Positions 53,981 to 62,946 of a stretch of 64,000 bases of DNA are shown piece after piece. Both the position numbers and the translations under genes were made by a program. This DNA is from Vicinamibacterales bacterium (GTDB taxonomy: Bacteria > Acidobacteriota > Vicinamibacteria > Vicinamibacterales > 2-12-FULL-66-21). The stretch lies in the NCBI GenBank assembly GCA_038320555.1, contig JBBQEJ010000002.1:22618-86617 (forward strand). The letters run 5' to 3'. Each line of letters starts with the position of its first letter. Positions within the stretch are counted from its first letter, which is position 1. The notes under the pieces were generated by a model. That model was not told where the DNA came from. It worked only from the letters and a program-made list of their open reading frames with translations, and made no database searches.

Positions 53981-54066
53981 TAGCGGCTGGCGGCAACACC
54001 GATCAAGGAATTGATTGTCCATTTTTCGGTAGCGCACACGAGTCGTGTGCCCGTATCCTCGTGCCC

Positions 54067-55119
54067 ATGATGATGCTGCCGACTCCCGCTGAGATGTATC
54101 GTGCGCTGGTCGAACGCGATCAGTCGTTCGAGGGGCTGTTCTTTGCCTGCGTCCGGACGACCGGTATCTTCTGCCGCCCGACCTGCCGTGCGAGGAAGCC
54201 GAAGCCGGAGAATGTCGAGTTCGCGTCGACGATTCAGGAAGCGCTGCACCGCGGGTATCGGCCGTGCCTCATCTGCGATCCGATGTCGGCGGCGGCCACC
54301 GCGCCCAACTGGCTTGCCCCGCTCGTGGACGAGATGCAGCGGCAGCCGGACGTGCGCCTGCGCGACCACGACCTGCGCGTGCGCGGTCTCGATCCCGTTC
54401 AGGTGCGCCGGAGCTTCAAGCGCAGCTTCGGCATGACGTTCCAGGCCTATCAGCGCGCGTGCCGGCTCGGCACCGCGATGCGCGCACTGCACGACGGGTC
54501 CCCCACGCTCGATGCGGGCCTCGACGCGGGATTCGAGTCCGACAGCGGCTTCCGCGCCGCGTTCGCACGCGTCTTCGGCGAGACGCCCGGTGAGGCCCGC
54601 GACACGGCACTGCTGACAGCCACATGGATCGAAACACCACTCGGCCCGATGCTCGCCATCGCGGGAGACCGCGGCCTCGAGTTGCTCGAGTTCGTCGACA
54701 GGCGGGCGCTGGAGACGGAGCTTCGCGAACTGCGCCGGTCCCTTGGGAGTGCGATCGTGCCTGGTGATGATCCGATCCTGCAGCAGACGCGCCACGAGCT
54801 TCGGGAGTACTTCGAAAGACGACGACAGGCGTTCACCATGCCTCTCAATCAACGGGGTTCTGATTTCCAGCTGAAGGCGTGGCGCGCGCTCTCCCGTATC
54901 CCATACGGCGAGACGCGGAGCTACGCGGACATGGCGCGCGAGGTCGGATCCCCCGCGGCGGTCCGGGCCATCGGGCGCGTCAATGGCCAGAACCGCATCG
55001 CGATCGTCGTTCCCTGTCACCGCGTGATCCGATCAGATGGATCGCTCTGCGGGTACGGCGGCGGCAGATGGCGCAAGCACTGGCTCCTCGAGCACGAACA
55101 GTCACGTCGGGATTCATAA
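54067..55119 (+). CDS. ada: bifunctional Ada-type regulator / O6-methylguanine-DNA methyltransferase (Ada Zn domain + AraC HTH + Ogt)
   Basis: Track ORF trimmed to ATG 54067. [28 protein letters not shown]...YRPCLICDP (Ada Zn domain), an AraC-type HTH, and C-terminal [21 protein letters not shown] (PCHR). Confidence 0.88.
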   Translation: MMMLPTPAEMYRALVERDQSFEGLFFACVRTTGIFCRPTCRARKPKPENVEFASTIQEALHRGYRPCLICDPMSAAATAPNWLAPLVDEMQRQPDVRLRDHDLRVRGLDPVQVRRSFKRSFGMTFQAYQRACRLGTAMRALHDGSPTLDAGLDAGFESDSGFRAAFARVFGETPGEARDTALLTATWIETPLGPMLAIAGDRGLELLEFVDRRALETELRELRRSLGSAIVPGDDPILQQTRHELREYFERRRQAFTMPLNQRGSDFQLKAWRALSRIPYGETRSYADMAREVGSPAAVRAIGRVNGQNRIAIVVPCHRVIRSDGSLCGYGGGRWRKHWLLEHEQSRRDS

Positions 55120-55127
55120 ACAGAAGG

Positions 55128-55252
55128 ACAGGAGGTCAGAAGAAATCTTCAAAAAGAGTCGTCTGATCTCCTTGCCTCCTGTAAGAACACGCCAACCGCC
55201 AACCGCGAACCGCGCGCCGCGAACCGCGAGTCCGCGAGTCGCGATCTGCGAG
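55128..55252. repeat. hairpin acaggagg...cctcctgt (55128-55182) followed by nine CGCNAAC/CGCGAGT heptamers (55190-55252)
   Basis: cgccaac cgccaac cgcgaac cgcgcgc cgcgaac cgcgagt ccgcgag tcgcgat ctgcgag. It shares the 13-mer cgcgagtcgcgat with 48504-48516. Confidence 0.7.
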
Positions 55253-55263
55253 CCATCCCTGAA

Positions 55264-55272
55264 TGCTATAAT
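55264..55272 (+). promoter_or_regulatory. candidate extended -10 promoter TGcTATAAT for lepA
   Basis: aaTGcTATAATttgc, with a perfect TATAAT at 55267-55272, 29 nt upstream of the lepA ATG. Confidence 0.45.
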
Positions 55273-55300
55273 TTGCTGTTCCTGGCCCGCTAAGTCATTC

Positions 55301-57106
55301 ATGAATCAGCTCTTTATACGCAACTTCTCCGTCATCGCCCATATCGACCACGGCAAGTCCACGCTCGCGGACCGGTTCCTCGAGATGACCGGCGCGCTCC
55401 AGCCGCGCGAAATGGAGGCGCAGGTGCTCGACTCGATGGACCTCGAGCGTGAGCGCGGCATCACGATCAAGGCTCACGCCGTCCGCCTGACCTACAGGGC
55501 AGATGATGGGAACGACTACGTGCTGAATCTGATCGATACCCCGGGGCACGTGGACTTCTCGTACGAGGTCACCCGATCGCTCGCCGCCTGCGAGGGAGCC
55601 CTGCTGCTCGTGGACGCATCGCAGGGCGTCGAGGCGCAGACGCTCGCGAATGCTTACCTCGCGGTCGAAAACGGGCTCGAGATCATCCCCGTCATCAACA
55701 AGATTGATCTGCCCGGAGCGCAGCCCGACGAGGCGAGACGGCAGATCGAGGAGATCATCGGCCTGGACTCGACCGGCGCCATTCTCGCGAGCGCGAAAGA
55801 AGGGACGGGCGTTCACGAGATCCTCGAGGCCATCGTGACACGCCTCCCGCCGCCCACGGGGGATCCTGACGCGCCGCTGAAGGCATTGATTTTCGACTCG
55901 TGGTACGACCCGTACCGCGGCGTCATCATCCTCACGCGCGTGATCGACGGCGTGATCCGCGCCGGAATGAAAATCCGCCTGATGGCGCAGGGCCAGGAAT
56001 ACATCGTCGATCAGGTGGGCGTGTTCTCGCCCAAGCCTGTCGCGGCCGAGGCGCTTGGCGTCGGCGAGGCGGGATTCATTTTCGCCGGCATCAAGACCGT
56101 CAGCGACGCAAAAATCGGCGACACGATCACCGAAGCCAGCCGCCCGACGACCGAGCCGTTTCCCGGATTCAAGGTGAGCAAGCCGATGGTCTTCGCGGGG
56201 CTGTACCCTGTCGAAGGGAGCGAGTACCCTCAGCTCCGCGACGCGCTCGAGAAGTTGCGCCTGAACGATGCCTCGTTCTTCTTCGAGCCGGAAACCTCCG
56301 CCGCGCTCGGCTTCGGCTTCCGTTGCGGATTTCTCGGGTTGCTCCATATGGAGATCGTGCAGGAACGGCTCGAGCGCGAGTTCAACATGGATCTGGTGAC
56401 GACGGCGCCGGGCGTGTTGTACCGGGTGACGACCACCGATGGGGTTCTTCAGGAGATTGACAGTCCGTCGAAGCTTCCGGACACGAGCCGGATCGACAAG
56501 ATCGAGGAACCCGTTATCACGGCGATGATGCTGACACCTTCCGAACATGTAGGGGCCATCCTACAGCTCTGTCAGGAGAAGCGAGGCGTGCAGAAATCGA
56601 TCGAATACCTGGCGGCCGATCGCGTGCTCGTGACGTACGAACTGCCGTTCAACGAGGTCGTGATGGATTTTTACGACCGGTTGAAGACAATCTCGCGCGG
56701 ATATGCCTCGCTCGATTACCATGTGACTGGGTTCCAGGAAGCGCCGCTGGTCAAGCTCGATATTCTGGTGAACGAGGAGCCGGTGGATGCGCTGTCCACC
56801 ATCGTCCATCGCGATTCGGCGTATCAGCGGGGCCGCGCGCTCGCCGCGAAAATGCGCGAGCTCATCCCCCGGCAGATGTTCGAGGTCGCGATCCAGGCGG
56901 CCATCGGCAGCCGAATCATCGCCCGGGAATCGGTCAAGGCGCTGCGCAAGAACGTCCTGGCGAAGTGCTATGGCGGCGACATCTCGCGCAAACGGAAGCT
57001 GCTCGAGAAGCAGAAGGAAGGCAAGAAGCGCATGAAGCGCGTCGGCCGCGTCGAGATTCCGCAGGAAGCGTTCCTGGCCGTATTGAAGGTGGGAACCGAG
57101 TCGTAA
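55301..57106 (+). CDS. lepA: translation elongation factor 4 (LepA)
   Basis: Track ORF trimmed to ATG 55301. [45 protein letters not shown]. 601 aa. Confidence 0.97.
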   Translation: MNQLFIRNFSVIAHIDHGKSTLADRFLEMTGALQPREMEAQVLDSMDLERERGITIKAHAVRLTYRADDGNDYVLNLIDTPGHVDFSYEVTRSLAACEGALLLVDASQGVEAQTLANAYLAVENGLEIIPVINKIDLPGAQPDEARRQIEEIIGLDSTGAILASAKEGTGVHEILEAIVTRLPPPTGDPDAPLKALIFDSWYDPYRGVIILTRVIDGVIRAGMKIRLMAQGQEYIVDQVGVFSPKPVAAEALGVGEAGFIFAGIKTVSDAKIGDTITEASRPTTEPFPGFKVSKPMVFAGLYPVEGSEYPQLRDALEKLRLNDASFFFEPETSAALGFGFRCGFLGLLHMEIVQERLEREFNMDLVTTAPGVLYRVTTTDGVLQEIDSPSKLPDTSRIDKIEEPVITAMMLTPSEHVGAILQLCQEKRGVQKSIEYLAADRVLVTYELPFNEVVMDFYDRLKTISRGYASLDYHVTGFQEAPLVKLDILVNEEPVDALSTIVHRDSAYQRGRALAAKMRELIPRQMFEVAIQAAIGSRIIARESVKALRKNVLAKCYGGDISRKRKLLEKQKEGKKRMKRVGRVEIPQEAFLAVLKVGTES

Positions 57107-57801
57107 TGCCGACAACCTTTCACAAATCGACGCTTCGCGAGTACACCGAGTCAATCGTGATTGCGGTGATCCTCGCGCTGTTCGTGCGTACGTGGATCGT
57201 CCAGGCGTTCAAAATCCCGACCGGCTCGATGGAGAACAACCTGCTCATCGGCGATCATCTGCTGGTGAACAAGTTCATTTTCGGCCCGACCCCGACCTCC
57301 ATTGAACGCAAGCTGCTGCCTGTGCGCGACATCCGGCGTGGCGACGTGATCGTCTTCAAATACCCGGACGAGCCTGACCGCGACTTCATCAAGCGCGTCA
57401 TCGGGCTTCCCGGCGAAACGCTCGAGCTCCGTGCCAAGAAGGTCTATATTGACGGGCAACCGCTCGACGAGCCCTATGTGCACTTCCTGGAGCCGGCGTC
57501 GGACTCGCAGGAAACCACGTCTTACGACGTGCGCGAACGGTACGGCCCTGTCCGTGTTCCGGAGGGTCAGTACTTCGTGATGGGGGATAACCGGGACAAC
57601 TCGCAGGACAGCCGTTATTGGGGATTCCTGCCGCGGCACTACGTAAAGGGTCGCGCGCTGATGATCTACTGGTCGTACGAATCGGGCCGCGAAGACTATC
57701 TGGACGAAGGCGCCGGCGCGACGGTGAAGCGGATGTTCTCGGTCGTGACGCATTTCTTCACGAAGACGCGTTGGGAGCGCCTGTTCCACCAGATACATTG
57801 A
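57106..57801 (+). CDS. lepB: signal peptidase I
   Basis: Trimmed to ATG 57106 (TAATG junction with lepA). IPTGSMENNLLIGDHLLVNKF (catalytic Ser), KRVIGLPGE (Lys), GDNRDNSQDSRYWGF. Confidence 0.92.
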   Translation: MPTTFHKSTLREYTESIVIAVILALFVRTWIVQAFKIPTGSMENNLLIGDHLLVNKFIFGPTPTSIERKLLPVRDIRRGDVIVFKYPDEPDRDFIKRVIGLPGETLELRAKKVYIDGQPLDEPYVHFLEPASDSQETTSYDVRERYGPVRVPEGQYFVMGDNRDNSQDSRYWGFLPRHYVKGRALMIYWSYESGREDYLDEGAGATVKRMFSVVTHFFTKTRWERLFHQIH

Positions 57802-57817
57802 TCGCGAGGAGAAGAGC

Positions 57818-58156
57818 ATGATCCGAAGGGCGCTGCAGATCGCGGTCTTTCTGCTCCTCGCGAACGCGGTCTACCAGGCAGTGCCGGTCAGCTGGCATTA
57901 CTACCAGTTCAAAGACGCACTCCAGGAGCTCGCGCTTTTTTCACAGAAGTCCACCGACGCCCAGCTCGTCGATCGCGTGATGGTCCTCGCAGACGAGCAC
58001 AACATTCCGCTCGACCGTGATTACGTGCAGGTACAGCGCGGCCGCGGCGAGCTCGTCATCACGGTCTCGTACATCGACACGATGAAGTTCGTGCCGGGAT
58101 ACGATTACAACCGTCAGTTCGACATCGTGGCCAGGGCCTTCGACCCGAACCGCTAG
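57818..58156 (+). CDS. hypothetical membrane-anchored protein
   Basis: 112 aa. N-terminal TM helix ALQIAVFLLLANAVYQAV. 16 nt after lepB. No family recognised. Confidence 0.55.
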   Translation: MIRRALQIAVFLLLANAVYQAVPVSWHYYQFKDALQELALFSQKSTDAQLVDRVMVLADEHNIPLDRDYVQVQRGRGELVITVSYIDTMKFVPGYDYNRQFDIVARAFDPNR

Positions 58157-58157
58157 C

Positions 58158-58458
58158 CGCTAGCGCTACTTTGTCAGATCAGCCAATTCGCTCGGGCGAC
58201 GGTCCGGTGACTTGTCACGGCGGGTTCACGCAGAGAGCGCCAAGCGCGCGGAGAAGACCAGTAAGGAAGCGCTGCGCCGTTAGGCAGCCTTTCTCGGCGA
58301 TCTGTGTGTCTCGGCTTGCTCCGCGTGAGATCGTCTTCTCCGCGCACGGTGAAGCTGCGGCAATGTCGAGCGAAACCACGCAGGGAGTACGACGAGCTAG
58401 AAAGCAGCACCCGCGACTTCCCACGGGAAGTCGTCAATCTGACAAAGTCGCACTAGCG
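58158..58458. repeat. about 300-nt structured intergenic element bounded by 22-nt imperfect inverted repeats (perfect 12-bp core actttgtcagat / atctgacaaagt), with nested perfect stems
   Basis: Outer arms 58158-58179 / 58437-58458. 13-bp perfect stem gcgcggagaagac 58246-58258 / gtcttctccgcgc 58333-58345. Palindrome gtgacttgtcac 58207-58218. Hairpin cgacttccc..gggaagtcg 58414-58433. Confidence 0.7.
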
Positions 58459-58474
58459 ACGCGTCAGCAGGCCA

Positions 58475-59101
58475 CTAACCTTCCGATTTTAGCTGGGTCA
58501 CTGCGGTCAGGACTTCGCGCTCTCCTTCGACCACAAGCTGCTCGGCTTCGCGCCGAACGGCGGCGGCAAATGTCTCGTCCTTGATGCCCGGAAGGTTGAC
58601 GTCTACGTTCAGCTTCGCGCCCCGAAGTCCGGCTCGGAGCAACTCCAGGCCCACCTGCACATCGCTCGCGGCGTTGCGGTTGCCGAACGCGGCGATGACG
58701 GCTGCAAGCCCAATCGCGTCGGCGCAGGTGCGCATGGTGTCGAGCGGCGCCTCAGTGGCCGAGCGTAGCGCTTCCTGGATCCGAATACCGCGCGCCGTTT
58801 TCTCTTCGTCGGTATTCTTCGGTAACCGGAACGCGGCGACCACGAGATCGTACGCGCTGCTGTCTCGATCCATCAATGCGGCGAGACGGTCGCCAATCGC
58901 CGCACAGCGGGCGCCGGCGACGGCCAGGCGCTCGATGTCCTCTGTCCTGTGCGCCCGCGGCTTCGGCAGTCGTGCGACCATGGCGAGGAGCGAGGCGCCC
59001 ACCGCGCCCCCCAACGCCGATGCCGATCCCCCGCCAGGCGTGGGTTCCCGTGATCGGAAGGCGTCGAGCAGCTCAGTGAACGGAAGCTGTGCGAGACTCA
59101 T
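58475..59101 (-). CDS. cyclodeaminase/cyclohydrolase family protein (FTCD C-terminal-like, formimidoyl-THF cyclodeaminase)
   Basis: 208 aa. LPFTELLDAFRSREPTPGGGSASALGGAVGASLLAMVARL is the family N-terminal signature. The ATG overlaps the end of hutI by 29 nt. Confidence 0.8.
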   Translation of the reverse strand: MSLAQLPFTELLDAFRSREPTPGGGSASALGGAVGASLLAMVARLPKPRAHRTEDIERLAVAGARCAAIGDRLAALMDRDSSAYDLVVAAFRLPKNTDEEKTARGIRIQEALRSATEAPLDTMRTCADAIGLAAVIAAFGNRNAASDVQVGLELLRAGLRGAKLNVDVNLPGIKDETFAAAVRREAEQLVVEGEREVLTAVTQLKSEG

Positions 59102-60344
59102 GGACCACTCTGCCGGCCTTGATGACGGCGCGTATCGAATTGGCGCCGATGCGGATCAGGTTAATCGCATCGCCGTCGACGAGCACCACGTCCATCTGCT
59201 TGCCCGGCTCGAGGCTGCCGACCCGGTCGGCGCGATCGACGGACCACGCGGCGTTGATGGTCGCCGCGGCCAGCGCCTCTTCGAACGTCAGGTCCATGCA
59301 AAAGCAGGCGAGCGTCATGGCGAAAGGCATCGAAGGAGAGTACCCGCCGCCCGGATTGACGTCGGTCGCCAGCGCCACCGGAACCGACGCCGCGATGAAG
59401 TCACGGGCGGGGGCGAATCGCCCGAGCTTCAGGTAGAACGCGGCATTGGGCAAGAGCGTGGCGGTTACTCCCGCAGAGGCGAGCGCGGCAATGCTCTGCG
59501 GTGACGTAAAGATCAGGTGATCGGCCGATCGGGCGCCGACGGCTGCAGCGACTTGCGAACCGCCGCTCGGCGCGAGCTCGTCGGCGTGAATCCGCGGCTT
59601 GAGGCCGGCGCGGAGACCGGCTTCGAGGATGCTCGTCGATTCGGCGGGTGTGAACACACCCGTTTCGCAGAAGACGTCGCACCATTCACACAGGCGCGCA
59701 TCCGCGACGGCGGGAATCATGCCGTTCACGACGAGATCCACGTAGGCACTCCGGTGGTCGCGGAACTCCGCCGGCACGTCATGGGCTCCGAGGAACGTCG
59801 GCACGATGTCCATCGGGTGCTCCGTCGACAGCCTCGCCACCGCGCGCAGGATCTTCACCTCCGACTCCACCGTCAAACCGTAGCCGCTCTTGATCTCGCA
59901 GGTGGTCGTTCCGCACGCAAGCATCTCGTCGAGCCGGACCCGCGTCTGCTCGGCGAGCTCCGCCTCCGTTGCCGCACGAGTTGCGGCGACGGTCGACAGA
60001 ATCCCGCCGCCGGCCGCCGCAATCCCGGCATACGTCGCGCCCGCGAGGCGGCGTCTCAGCTCGTCTCGCCGGTCCCCGGCAAAGATCGCGTGGGTGTGCG
60101 CGTCAACGAAGCCCGGCACGATCGACAGCCCATTCGCGTCGATCTCGTGAGCCCCCGGCGCGGGCTGGACGGCCTGGAGCAGATTGGCGGAAGGTCCCGC
60201 ATAGACGACGCGCCCATTCAACGAGGCGACGGCGCCGTCGCTGACAGCCACGAGCGCTCCCTGGTCCGTGCCGCGGCGCGGAGACGGTCCTGCGCAGGTG
60301 ATGACCTGACGCGCGTTGCGGATGATGAAATCGGCGGCGATCAC
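59073..60344 (-). CDS. hutI: imidazolonepropionase
   Basis: 423 aa. PGFVDAHTHAIFAGDR, GGGILSTV, HADELAPSGG, ATDVNPG (amidohydrolase metal ligands). Confidence 0.9.
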   Translation of the reverse strand: MIAADFIIRNARQVITCAGPSPRRGTDQGALVAVSDGAVASLNGRVVYAGPSANLLQAVQPAPGAHEIDANGLSIVPGFVDAHTHAIFAGDRRDELRRRLAGATYAGIAAAGGGILSTVAATRAATEAELAEQTRVRLDEMLACGTTTCEIKSGYGLTVESEVKILRAVARLSTEHPMDIVPTFLGAHDVPAEFRDHRSAYVDLVVNGMIPAVADARLCEWCDVFCETGVFTPAESTSILEAGLRAGLKPRIHADELAPSGGSQVAAAVGARSADHLIFTSPQSIAALASAGVTATLLPNAAFYLKLGRFAPARDFIAASVPVALATDVNPGGGYSPSMPFAMTLACFCMDLTFEEALAAATINAAWSVDRADRVGSLEPGKQMDVVLVDGDAINLIRIGANSIRAVIKAGRVVHESRTASVH

Positions 60345-60389
60345 GCGCTGAGTATAACGTCGAGGAGGGCGGGGACGTTGAATGTCTCT

Positions 60390-60455
60390 AATCCCTGATT
60401 CACGAACCGCGAACCGCGAACCGCAACCGCGAACCGCAACCGCGAATCAGGGATT
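60390..60455. repeat. GAACCGC heptamer array (60404-60444) enclosed by a perfect 11-bp inverted repeat aatccctgatt / aatcagggatt
   Basis: aatccctgatt cac gaaccgc gaaccgc gaaccgc aaccgc gaaccgc aaccgc g aatcagggatt. The right arm contains the divIVA stop codon. Confidence 0.85.
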
Positions 60456-61100
60456 CGTCCTTGACCCGCGCTCGTCCGCCGTCCGCGGAGGCTCGATTGC
60501 CGTGCGCTGCGGCGTCAGGGCCTCGGGTCCGCGTGGGCGGTGGAGGAGCACTTTCTCCTCGGGCTTGTCCTGATCGCGGATGAACTCGAGTGCCCGATAC
60601 AGCGCCTGGATCGACGATTCGAGAGATCCCTCCACGTCGCGGCGTCGCAGACGAAGCTCGGTAATGTCGCGTTCGATTTCCTCGAGTCGCAGGCTCGCCC
60701 TCTGGACCAGGAGGTCGGCCCGTCCTTCTGCCTCGCGGACGATCATCTTGCCTTCGTTGTCGGCGGCGGTTCGCACTTCATCGGCGAGCCGCTGCGCGGT
60801 CAGAAGCGTGTTGCACAGGTTGGCTTCGCGATCGCGATGCTCGGTAAGGAGCGCCTCCATGCGCAGGAAGTCCTGGCGAAGCCGATCGATCTCGCGCAGC
60901 GCGTGCTCGTAGTCGTCGGCGGCCTCGGTCAGGAAGGCGACGACTTCAGTCTTGTCGAAGCCGCGCAGGGCGGTTCGGAACCGCTGCTGACGGAGATCCA
61001 TCGGCGCGATGCGCATCACGCGCTCGGCTGGCATCGACCCGGTCTGTGCGGCGGACGTCGACGAAGGTGTCTGCGGCTGTCCCGATTGACGATCGAACAT
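60447..61100 (-). CDS. divIVA: DivIVA domain protein
   Basis: IAPMDLRQQRFRTALRGFDKTEVVAFLTEAADDYE followed by a coiled coil. ATG 61100 is preceded by AGGAG. Confidence 0.85.
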   Translation of the reverse strand: MFDRQSGQPQTPSSTSAAQTGSMPAERVMRIAPMDLRQQRFRTALRGFDKTEVVAFLTEAADDYEHALREIDRLRQDFLRMEALLTEHRDREANLCNTLLTAQRLADEVRTAADNEGKMIVREAEGRADLLVQRASLRLEEIERDITELRLRRRDVEGSLESSIQALYRALEFIRDQDKPEEKVLLHRPRGPEALTPQRTAIEPPRTADERGSRTNP

Positions 61101-61151
61101 AGTGTGGTCTCCTGAAGACTGCGCGCGTACACCGGACGCTCGAGCGCCCGC

Positions 61152-61859
61152 TTACGCTGCGCTATACGTGCGCTTGCCGAATATCGCGGTGCCGACGCGC
61201 ACGAGCGTTGCCCCTTCCTCGATGGCTGCCTCGAAATCGTGGCTCATTCCCATGGACATGTGGCGGAGTGAAGCCGGCGGCACGCCATCGGCGAGCCAGG
61301 TCTCGCGCAGTTCGCGCAGCCGGACGAACCAGGGACGTGTCTGCTCCTGGTCCTCGTTCCACGGCGGAATCAGCATCAGGCCGACAATCCGCGCGGCGCG
61401 CGCGTCCTGGGCCGCATCCATGATCCGGCGCGCATCGTCGGCGGCCGCGCCGAATTTCGTCTCCTCGCGCGCGAGGTCCACTTGCACGAGCACCTCGGGC
61501 GCCGCTCCCGATTCCAGCGCAGCGGCGTCGAGTTTTCGCAGGAGATCGACCGAGTCGATCGAGTGAATGCAGGCAAAGGCTCCGGCGGCCTTCCTGGCCT
61601 TGTTCGATTGCAGGTGGCCGATGAGATGCCACCTTATCTCCATGTCGGCCGCTTCGCCGATCTTCTGCAGGGCTTCCTGAACCTTGTTCTCGCCGAAATC
61701 CCGTTGGCCAGCCGACCAGGCGGCCCGCACGTGGTCAGTACTGAATGTCTTCGACACCGCGATGAGACGGATGTCTGACGGGTCCCGGCCGGCGCGTCGT
61801 GCGGTTGCGTCGATCCGGGCCCTGACAGACTGAAGGTTGGAGGCGATGGTGGCGTCCAC
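61152..61859 (-). CDS. yggS: YggS/YlmE-family PLP homeostasis protein
   Basis: LIAVSKTFSTDHV (PLP Lys), FGENKVQEA, WHLIGHLQSNKARKA, LSMGMSHDFEAAIEEGATLVRVGTAIFG. GTG start. Confidence 0.92.
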   Translation of the reverse strand: MDATIASNLQSVRARIDATARRAGRDPSDIRLIAVSKTFSTDHVRAAWSAGQRDFGENKVQEALQKIGEAADMEIRWHLIGHLQSNKARKAAGAFACIHSIDSVDLLRKLDAAALESGAAPEVLVQVDLAREETKFGAAADDARRIMDAAQDARAARIVGLMLIPPWNEDQEQTRPWFVRLRELRETWLADGVPPASLRHMSMGMSHDFEAAIEEGATLVRVGTAIFGKRTYSAA

Positions 61860-61873
61860 GTTGGGCGCCGGTG

Positions 61874-62860
61874 TTACTTGATGTACGTCTTCAGCATCTC
61901 GAGGTTGCTCGCCGCTTCCTTGGCGTTGGGCCCGTTCGGCGCGATCTTCGTGTAAGCCTCGAACTCTTTCGCGGCGTCCGGGAGCTTGCCGAGATTCAGG
62001 TAGACCCGTCCGAGCATGAAGTGTGATTCCGCATGCTGCGGATTTGCCTTGACCGCCGCCGCGAACTGTTCCTGTGCCTTCGCGAAGTCGTTCGCGTTCC
62101 AGGAAATCACCCCCGAGTTGTACAGCGAATCGGCGCCGCCACCGGCGGCACCGCCCGCCGTCGCGCGTTTCATCACCTCGGCGCTCATCGCCTGCGCCTC
62201 AGTGAATTTCTTCTGGTCGTTGTAGATCGTCGCGAGGCCGCTGTACGCCTCGACCAGATTCGGATCGAGCTCCAGCGCCTTTTTATAGGCCGCCTCAGCC
62301 CCGGCATAATCCTTCTTCGCGGCGCTCGACGCGCCAATCCCGATGTAGCACTCCGGGCACTTTGGGACATCCTTCAGCACTTCGTTGAACTTCGCGATCG
62401 CCTCATCGAACTTGCCGGCGTTGGCTAACGTCGCGCCTTCGCTGAACGCCGCCTTGATGCCGGCGACGCGCGCCTCTGCCTTGGCCCTGTCTTCCTTCGA
62501 CATGTCTCCGGGCGCGACTCCGCCCTTTGCGAGCGTCAAATTCACCTCGGCCATATCCAGGCTGATGTGACTGTTCTTGGTCGCAGAGAGACCGTCCTTC
62601 TCGGCGGTGATCTTGTAGTTGCCAGGCGGAATCCCGATTTGCATGTACTCGCCGTTTTTCTTCGTCTTCAACTCGAACTTCGAGTTCGTGTCGACGGCCT
62701 GCAGCGTGACCTTCGCGCCCTCGACGGGCTTGTTGTCGGCGTCGACGACCTTTCCCCTGATCTGCCCGGTCTGGGCCAGCGCCGGCGAGGCGACAGCCGC
62801 CACTCCGAGCACCAAGGCGCAGATGGCAAGCGTCCGGCTGACGATATGTGTGCCCACCAT
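61874..62860 (-). CDS. secreted protein: signal peptide + carboxypeptidase-regulatory-like beta-sandwich + TPR repeats
   Basis: LAICALVLGVAAVASPALAQ; IRGKVVDADNKPVEGAKVTL...GNYKITAEKDG; then several A/Y/G-patterned TPR units. GGAGGA RBS. Confidence 0.8.
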   Translation of the reverse strand: MVGTHIVSRTLAICALVLGVAAVASPALAQTGQIRGKVVDADNKPVEGAKVTLQAVDTNSKFELKTKKNGEYMQIGIPPGNYKITAEKDGLSATKNSHISLDMAEVNLTLAKGGVAPGDMSKEDRAKAEARVAGIKAAFSEGATLANAGKFDEAIAKFNEVLKDVPKCPECYIGIGASSAAKKDYAGAEAAYKKALELDPNLVEAYSGLATIYNDQKKFTEAQAMSAEVMKRATAGGAAGGGADSLYNSGVISWNANDFAKAQEQFAAAVKANPQHAESHFMLGRVYLNLGKLPDAAKEFEAYTKIAPNGPNAKEAASNLEMLKTYIK

Positions 62861-62925
62861 GTCCAGAATCCTCCGTCAGTGCTGAGAAGAAAAACGGCGT
62901 AAACCGCTGTGAAGTCTGACCCTGT

Positions 62926-62934
62926 AGTCTACCA
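62926..62934 (-). promoter_or_regulatory. candidate extended -10 element TGgTAGACT upstream of the TPR gene
   Basis: Minus strand reads cggTGgTAGACTacagg, 66 nt upstream of ATG 62860. Same 11-mer as 38408-38418. Confidence 0.3.
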
Positions 62935-62946
62935 CCGAGTGGTCGG

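Noticed and set aside
58171-58584. ORFs inside the 318-nt structured spacer (137 aa plus strand; 87 and 69 aa minus strand). Also considered: that the region is SRP RNA, RNase P RNA, 6S RNA or tmRNA
   Set aside because: The translations are low-complexity, and the plus-strand ORF runs antisense into the cyclodeaminase gene. I could not find the conserved SRP domain IV, the RNase P GGAAAGUCCGG motif or a tRNA-like 3' end. A superficial ggaagc/ggcagcc resemblance to SRP is not enough.
60404-60444. Are the tandem repeat arrays CRISPR arrays?
   Set aside because: The units are 6-10 nt and directly abutting, with no unique spacers. No cas genes are in the window.
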